NCBI GenBank assembly: GCA_963846495.1
Contig: CAWJWP010000016.1
Coordinates: 213,879 to 277,878 of the forward strand
Origin: Thermoanaerobaculia bacterium
GTDB lineage: Bacteria > Acidobacteriota > Thermoanaerobaculia > Multivoradales > JAIOJS01
Length of the DNA: 64,000 nt
Direction: 5' to 3'
Positions 59,043 through 64,000 of the stretch are shown here, one piece after another. The position numbers were made by a program, and so were the translations under genes. How positions within the stretch are numbered: position 1 is the stretch's first letter; every line of letters begins with the position of its first letter. Below the pieces are notes generated by a model. The model was not told the DNA's origin and made no database searches. It was given only the letters and a program-made list of their open reading frames with translations.

Positions 59043-60149
59043 TCACTGAACGTCGGACGACTCGTCCGAGCTGGTCGGCTCGTCGACGGCCGCATCGTCG
59101 CCGTAAGCCCCACTCGAGCTCGAGCCCTGCTCGCTCGTCGCTACCCACGTCGCCACCGCAGCGTCGACGCCGGTGACCTCCCAATCGACCACGGCCCGCG
59201 AGCCTTCGACGCGGCTCGCGGCGCGTAGCTCCATCCCGCGCTCGGCGAGGCGCTGGGCGCGCTCGGCGACGCGGCGATCGAGGGCGACGAGCGCCGCCGC
59301 GGCCGCTTCCGCCGACTCGCAGTCGAGCGCGACGCGGCCGGTCGTGCGGTCGCTCGTCGCCACGTCGATGCCGAGCGCGGCGCGCTGAACGCCGATCGGC
59401 GGCTCCTCACCGTCCCACAGCAGGCGCGCGAAGCCGTACTCGCGCTCGTCGATCGAGCCGGTCAGGTCCCATGGGCGCGACGGCAGCCCGAGGTTCACCG
59501 GCGGCGGCGCCGCCGCGGCACCGCCGTCGAGGAAGCGGTCGATGCCGCGGTGCAGGGCCTGCTCCTCGTTGGCGACGAGCAGCGTGCCGCCGACGAGCGA
59601 GCCCCAGGCGTTGTCGTCCAGCTTCAGCACGTCGTGGCCGCGGTGCTTGCCGACGAGCGTGTCGCCGCGCGCCAGGAAGAAGTGCAGCACGCGGGTGAAG
59701 CCGCGCGGGTTGAGCGCCGCCACCACCGCCGGGTCGTCGCGCCCTTGCGTCGACGGCTCGAGCGACACCGTCGCCTGCCGCGGCAGGAACATGCGCAGGC
59801 CGGTCGACGGGCTGCCGCTCGCGGCGCTCATCTGCTGCATCTGCCGCACCCAATCCGGCGCGTCGCGGTTCTGCTGCCGCTGTGCCTCGCGCATGAAGTT
59901 GTCGATCAGGGCGGTCACGCCGGGATCGCTGCCGAGGTCGCCGACGGCGAAGGTGCCGCTCGTCTGCGGCGACACCACGGCGGCGGTCGCGTGCTGCTTG
60001 CCCGGCCGCACCGCCCACCACGAGCCGACGCCGGCCGCGATCACCACGAGCAGGACGAGCGCGCCGCAGCCGATGGCGCAGCCGATCGCCCACTTTCCAC
60101 ACCCCGACGACGCGGGCTTCGCCGCCGGCTGCGGGACGTAAGGCTCCAT
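59043..60149 (-). CDS. Hypothetical membrane-anchored protein
   Basis: N-terminal Cys-rich and TM segment (GCGKWAIGCAIGCGALVLLVVIAAGVG). No family recognised. Confidence 0.45.
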   Translation of the reverse strand: MEPYVPQPAAKPASSGCGKWAIGCAIGCGALVLLVVIAAGVGSWWAVRPGKQHATAAVVSPQTSGTFAVGDLGSDPGVTALIDNFMREAQRQQNRDAPDWVRQMQQMSAASGSPSTGLRMFLPRQATVSLEPSTQGRDDPAVVAALNPRGFTRVLHFFLARGDTLVGKHRGHDVLKLDDNAWGSLVGGTLLVANEEQALHRGIDRFLDGGAAAAPPPVNLGLPSRPWDLTGSIDEREYGFARLLWDGEEPPIGVQRAALGIDVATSDRTTGRVALDCESAEAAAAALVALDRRVAERAQRLAERGMELRAASRVEGSRAVVDWEVTGVDAAVATWVATSEQGSSSSGAYGDDAAVDEPTSSDESSDVQ

Positions 60150-60219
60150 GGTTGGCGGCGATGTTACCGCGCGGTTGCGCGCCGCACGGACAGGGAGCGA
60201 AGCACGGCAAGGTACTCTC

Positions 60220-62250
60220 GTGCGCGCCGTGGAAGACCGTCACCGCTCGCGTCGCCTCGCCTCGTTGCCGTGGTGGCTCGCCGTCGCCGCGCTACTCGCC
60301 GGTGCTGCTGCGGCGCCGCCATCTGAAGCTCCGTCGGCGACCATCGCGCCACCCGCCGCTGCGGCCGCGGCATCGCCGGCGCCGACCGCAACAGCTACCG
60401 CACCCGCACCCGAACGCGATCCTGCCGCGCTGCTCGCGCGCTTCAAGGAAGTGACCGGCGGCGCCGCCTGGGACCGCATCCGCGTGCTGCGCACGACGGG
60501 CAGCGTGCACGTCGGCGGCCTCGAAGGCACCTTCGAGACCGTCGAGGAAATCGGCACCGGCCGCGGCAAGAGCCGGTTCGACCTCGGCCCGATGTCGGGA
60601 GCCATCGGCTTCGACGGCACGACGCCGTGGTCGCAGGACGGCTCGGGCGAGGTCACCCTGCAGCGCGGCGAGGAGGCGCTCGAAGCGGCGCGCAACGACG
60701 CCTACCGCACGAGCCTCGCCTGGTGGTTCCCCGAGCGCTGGCCGGCGGCGCTGCGCGCACTTCCCGACCGCGAGCAGGACGGCCGGCGCTTCGCCATCGT
60801 CGAGATCACGCCGCGCGGCGGTCGCCCGTTCGAGCTCTGGCTCGACGTGGAGACCGGCCTGCCCGAGCGCGCCGTCGAGCACGGCGGCGTCGAGACGATC
60901 GTCACCACCCTCGGCGACTGGCGCACGGTGGAGACGACGCCGCCGGGCTCGGCCACGCCGGCGCCGGTGCGTCTCCCCTTCCACCAGCGCGCCAACACCG
61001 GCGAGGCGAAGTACGACCTGGTGGCGCAGGCGACCGCGGTCGAAGTGGATCCGCCGCTCGCCGCCGACGCCTTCGCGCCACCCCAGCGTCGCGCCGCCGA
61101 CTTCGCGCTGCCCGCGGGCGCCGCCTCGATCACCGTGCCCTTTACGCTGCGCAACAACCACGTCTACCTGCGCGTGTCGCTCGACGGCCGGCGGCCGCGG
61201 CCGATGCTCTTCGACTCCGGCGGCTTCAATGTGGTGACGCCGGCGACGGCGGCACGGCTCGGCCTCGAAACCGAAGGCGCGCTCCAGGCGCGCGGCGTGG
61301 GCGAAGGCTCCGAAGATCTAGGCGTCACCCACGTCGCGAAGCTCGAGCTCGGCGGCGCCGTGCTGCGCGACCAGGTCTTCTACGTGCTGCCGCTCGCCGG
61401 CATCGCCGAGCTCGACGACGAGGAGGTCGCCGGCGTGCTCGGCTTCGAGGTCCTGCAGCGCTTCGTCGTCGAGATCGACTACGCCCGCCGCCGCGTGACG
61501 CTGACGCTGCCCGAGCGCTTCGATCCGACCGGCGCCGGCGAGCCGGTGCCCTTCGTCTTCGCCGGCCACGTGCCCGCCGTCGACGGCGAGATCGACGGCA
61601 TCGCCGGCCGCTTCACCATCGACACCGGCAGCCGGAGCCAACTCTCGATCCACCGTCCGTTCGTCGAGAAGCACGGCCTCGTCGAGCGCTACGGCGCCGA
61701 GATCGAGGCGGTCACCGGCTGGGGCGTCGGCGGCGGCGTGAGCGCCAAGCTCGCGCGCGGCGGGACGCTGATGCTCGGGCGAGTCCCCGTGCGCGGGCCG
61801 ACCCTCGAGCTCGTCACCTCCGAAAAGGGCGCCTTCGCCGACCGCTACCTCGCCGGCAACGTCGGCGGCGGCATCCTGCGCCACTTCCGCGTCACCTTCG
61901 ACTACCGCCGCGAGCGCCTCTACCTCGCCGCGACGCGCGACGCGGATGCCGACGTCTTCGACCGTGCCGGCCTCTGGCTCGTCGAGCGCGGCAAGCGGCT
62001 CGTCGTCGAAGACATCGTCCCCGGCGCCCCGGCCGCGGCAGCGGGAGTGATGCCGGGCGACGTCATCGAAGCGCTCGACGGCGAGCCGGTCCGCAAGCTT
62101 GGCGCCGAGGCCGTGCGCTCCCGCCTCCTCCACGACCCGCCCGGCACGAACGTGCGACTGCGCGTCCGCGGCACCAACGGCGCCCGCGACGTAGAGATCG
62201 TCCTCCACGAGCTGCCCACGATGCGGGAAGCAGAAGCAGCGCTGCCTTAG
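60220..62250 (+). CDS. Retropepsin-like (clan AA) aspartyl protease with C-terminal PDZ domain, secreted
   Basis: Two aspartyl-protease DSG/DTG motifs (LFDSGGFNVV…, FTIDTGSRSQLSI) and a C-terminal PDZ (…VVEDIVPGAPAAAAGVMPGDVIEALDGEPV). The start is uncertain: ATG 60148 would overlap the divergent gene's ATG, so GTG 60220 is used. Confidence 0.65.
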   Translation: MRAVEDRHRSRRLASLPWWLAVAALLAGAAAAPPSEAPSATIAPPAAAAAASPAPTATATAPAPERDPAALLARFKEVTGGAAWDRIRVLRTTGSVHVGGLEGTFETVEEIGTGRGKSRFDLGPMSGAIGFDGTTPWSQDGSGEVTLQRGEEALEAARNDAYRTSLAWWFPERWPAALRALPDREQDGRRFAIVEITPRGGRPFELWLDVETGLPERAVEHGGVETIVTTLGDWRTVETTPPGSATPAPVRLPFHQRANTGEAKYDLVAQATAVEVDPPLAADAFAPPQRRAADFALPAGAASITVPFTLRNNHVYLRVSLDGRRPRPMLFDSGGFNVVTPATAARLGLETEGALQARGVGEGSEDLGVTHVAKLELGGAVLRDQVFYVLPLAGIAELDDEEVAGVLGFEVLQRFVVEIDYARRRVTLTLPERFDPTGAGEPVPFVFAGHVPAVDGEIDGIAGRFTIDTGSRSQLSIHRPFVEKHGLVERYGAEIEAVTGWGVGGGVSAKLARGGTLMLGRVPVRGPTLELVTSEKGAFADRYLAGNVGGGILRHFRVTFDYRRERLYLAATRDADADVFDRAGLWLVERGKRLVVEDIVPGAPAAAAGVMPGDVIEALDGEPVRKLGAEAVRSRLLHDPPGTNVRLRVRGTNGARDVEIVLHELPTMREAEAALP

Positions 62251-62271
62251 CGGCAGGCTCGACACCGCGGT

Positions 62272-62574
62272 CTACAGCTCAGGCGAAGTCCCGCGGCTCG
62301 TGTGCCAGAGCGCCAACACCTCGATGACGTCAGGATCGACCGGCCGGTAGTAGATGAAGTAGCGCACTCTCGGCAGATGCAGCCGACGTAGATGCGTCAG
62401 GTCGGGAGGTGACAACACTGGCGGCGCGATATTCGGATTGCTCCGGATGAGATCGAAGCCGCGTGAGATCTCCGCCGAGAGCAGGTCACGCGCGGCGCGA
62501 TTGGCGCGCCACCACCGGACGGCCTCCCGGATCTGGGCGGCCGCGTTCTCGGAGACGCGAAGACGACGCTTCAA
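62272..62574 (-). CDS. Type II toxin, RelE/ParE family
   Basis: C-terminal signature …LPRVRYFIYYRPVDPDVIEVLALWHTSRG. The start is taken at a TTG near 62574, giving ~100 aa and a 4-nt overlap with the upstream antitoxin. Confidence 0.7.
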   Translation of the reverse strand: MKRRLRVSENAAAQIREAVRWWRANRAARDLLSAEISRGFDLIRSNPNIAPPVLSPPDLTHLRRLHLPRVRYFIYYRPVDPDVIEVLALWHTSRGTSPEL

Positions 62575-62789
62575 GAGCCGCGGAGCTCTTTCACGAGATC
62601 GTCGCCGTCGACCCACTCGCCCCGAGCGATCTGGGCGACGGACTCACGCAGGAAAGCGGTCTCTTCCTCGGAGAGCTCAAAGACGTCGCCCCCGTCCGGG
62701 ACCAGAACCGTAACGGTCGTGCCTTCTTCGAGGAGGCCCTTGGGCACGTCGAGCTGGCCGTCGACGACCTTCGCGGTGAGCATCTTCAC
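62571..62789 (-). CDS. Type II antitoxin (AbrB/swapped-hairpin-like N-terminus)
   Basis: 72 aa beginning MKMLTAKVVDGQLDVPKGLLEEGTTVTVLVP…. It lies upstream of and overlapping the ParE-like gene. Confidence 0.6.
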   Translation of the reverse strand: MKMLTAKVVDGQLDVPKGLLEEGTTVTVLVPDGGDVFELSEEETAFLRESVAQIARGEWVDGDDLVKELRGS

Positions 62790-62825
62790 GACATTCAGCT
62801 TACCTTGCCATCGCCTGCGCCGGGC

Positions 62826-64000
62826 CTAGCCGGTAGCGCACTCGGCGGCGCGCACGAGCAAGAGCGTGCGCTCGCGTTCGTTCTTGGTGAGGGCGGCGGC
62901 GCGTTCGAATTCGGTGCGCGCTTCGGGGAAGCGGCCGAGTTTCTGGAGCAGATCACCGCGCACGGCGGGGAGCAGGTGGTAGCTCTGCAGCGCGGGCTCC
63001 GCGAGGAGCGTGTCGACCACCGCGAGACCCGCTGCTGGACCGGAAGCCATTCCTACCGCGACGGCGCGGTTGAGCTCGACGACGGGCGAGGGCAGGACGC
63101 GGCCGAGCTCTTCATAGAGCGCGACGATGCGCGGCCAGTCGGTGTCCGCCGCGACGCGGGCGCGGGCGTGGCAGGCGGCGATCGACGCCTGCAGCGCGTA
63201 GGGGCCGAGGCGGCCGGCGGCGAGCCGCTCGGCGTGCGCCAGCGCGGCGAGGCCGCGGCGGATGAGGAGCTGGTCCCAGCGCGCGCGGTCCTGGTCGAGG
63301 AGCAGGATGGGCTCGCCCTTCGGTCCCACGCGCGCGTGCGAGCGCGAGGCCTGGATCTCCATCAGCGACGAGGAGGCCGTGCACCTCGGGCTCGTCGGGC
63401 ATCAGCTCGGCGAGGATGCGGCCGAGGCGCAGCGCGTCGTCGCACAGCGCCGGGCGCAGCCAGTCCTCGCCGGCGGTGGCCGAGTAGCCCTCGTTGAAGA
63501 TCAGGTAGACGACCTCGAGCACCGACGGCAGCCGCGCCTGCAGCTCGGCGCCGCGCGGCACTTCGAAGGGCACGTTCGCCTCCGACAGCGTGCGCTTGGC
63601 GCGCACGATGCGCTGCGCGATCGTCGGCTCGGGCGCCAGGAAGGCGCGCGCGATCTCGCCGGTGGTGAGGCCGCCGAGCAGGCGCAGCGTCAGCGCCACC
63701 CGCGCCTCGGTGGCGAGCACCGGATGGCAGGCGATGAAGAGCAGGCGCAGCAGGTCGTCTCCCACCGGGTCGTCGAGAGCGGCGTCGAGGTCGGGCGGCG
63801 CTTGGCGCTCGACGAGGTCGCGGCCGAGCTCGTCGTGCTTGCGGTCGAGCATGGTGCGGCGGCGCAGCACGTCGATGGCGCGGTGCTTGGCCGTCTGCAT
63901 CAGCCAGGCGCCGGGGTTGTCGGGGACGCCCGCCTCCGGCCAGCGCTCGAGGGCGGTGACGAGCGCGTCCTGCGCCAGCTCCTCGGCGAGGCCGACGTCG
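62826..64000 (-). CDS. ECF-type RNA polymerase sigma factor with C-terminal extension (COG4941-like, LIFNEGY motif), 5'-truncated by the window and with a frame change near 63340
   Basis: Region 4 and extension sequence …AWLMQTAKHRAIDVLRRR…LTTGEIARAFL…VVYLIFNEGYSA…. The C-terminal TPR-like part continues in another frame (62826..63362 ORF). The N-terminus lies beyond 64000. Confidence 0.7.

Noticed and set aside
60147-60150. Overlapping divergent start codons (CATG) for the 59043..60149 and 60148..62250 genes
   Set aside because: Both starting on the same four bases is implausible. The + strand gene more likely starts at GTG 60220, just before its signal peptide.

Overview
The window is very GC-rich (roughly 70% or more by eye), with long spurious antisense ORFs throughout, and is densely coding on both strands. 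Gene content points to an Acidobacteria-like soil bacterium: a PadR regulator beside an 'Acidobacterial duplicated orphan permease' (tandem FtsX-domain ABC permease), BlaI/BlaR1-like pairs, and many sensor kinases. About 52 genes can be called. They include a 5'-truncated PilB/GspE ATPase, ComF, a PadR-ADOP pair, an outer-membrane protein with a CarbopepD_reg domain, a membrane GAF/PAS histidine kinase with a sigma54-dependent regulator and an M14 carboxypeptidase, a hybrid histidine kinase, a BlaI/BlaR1(M56) pair, MltA, NUDIX, DegP/HtrA, an ArnT-like glycosyltransferase, RNase Z, a GltP-like symporter, MalQ, RidA, DinB_2, TetR, GlnRS with a C-terminal YqeY domain, an SLT transglycosylase, a STAND NTPase with TPR and BTAD domains, cytochrome c, NmrA, a nitrilase, DoxX, an ACP/fatty-acyl-AMP-ligase/acyltransferase fusion, a zinc-ribbon gene followed by two tandem Ku genes, an aspartyl protease with a PDZ domain, a ParE/antitoxin pair and a truncated ECF sigma factor. 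No rRNA, tRNA or CRISPR array was recognised. The most unusual structure is two perfect 92-bp direct repeats exactly 600 bp apart (32545..33236) that flank a ~205-bp almost pure A/G tract, completely atypical for this genome. The 36-bp core of that repeat recurs as inverted pairs at the 3' ends of convergent genes. Other notable items are a BlaR1-like M56 protein whose sensor domain is replaced by a seven-fold ~33-aa 'SDYD' repeat, a twice-occurring CxKHGLRYNR-x5-GCxxCRRE zinc-ribbon motif, a zinc-ribbon gene coupled to two Ku genes with no LigD in the window, AT-rich palindromic operators for BlaI and PadR, and at least nine single-nucleotide insertions that break otherwise intact conserved genes. 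Those insertions are more likely assembly errors than pseudogenisation.
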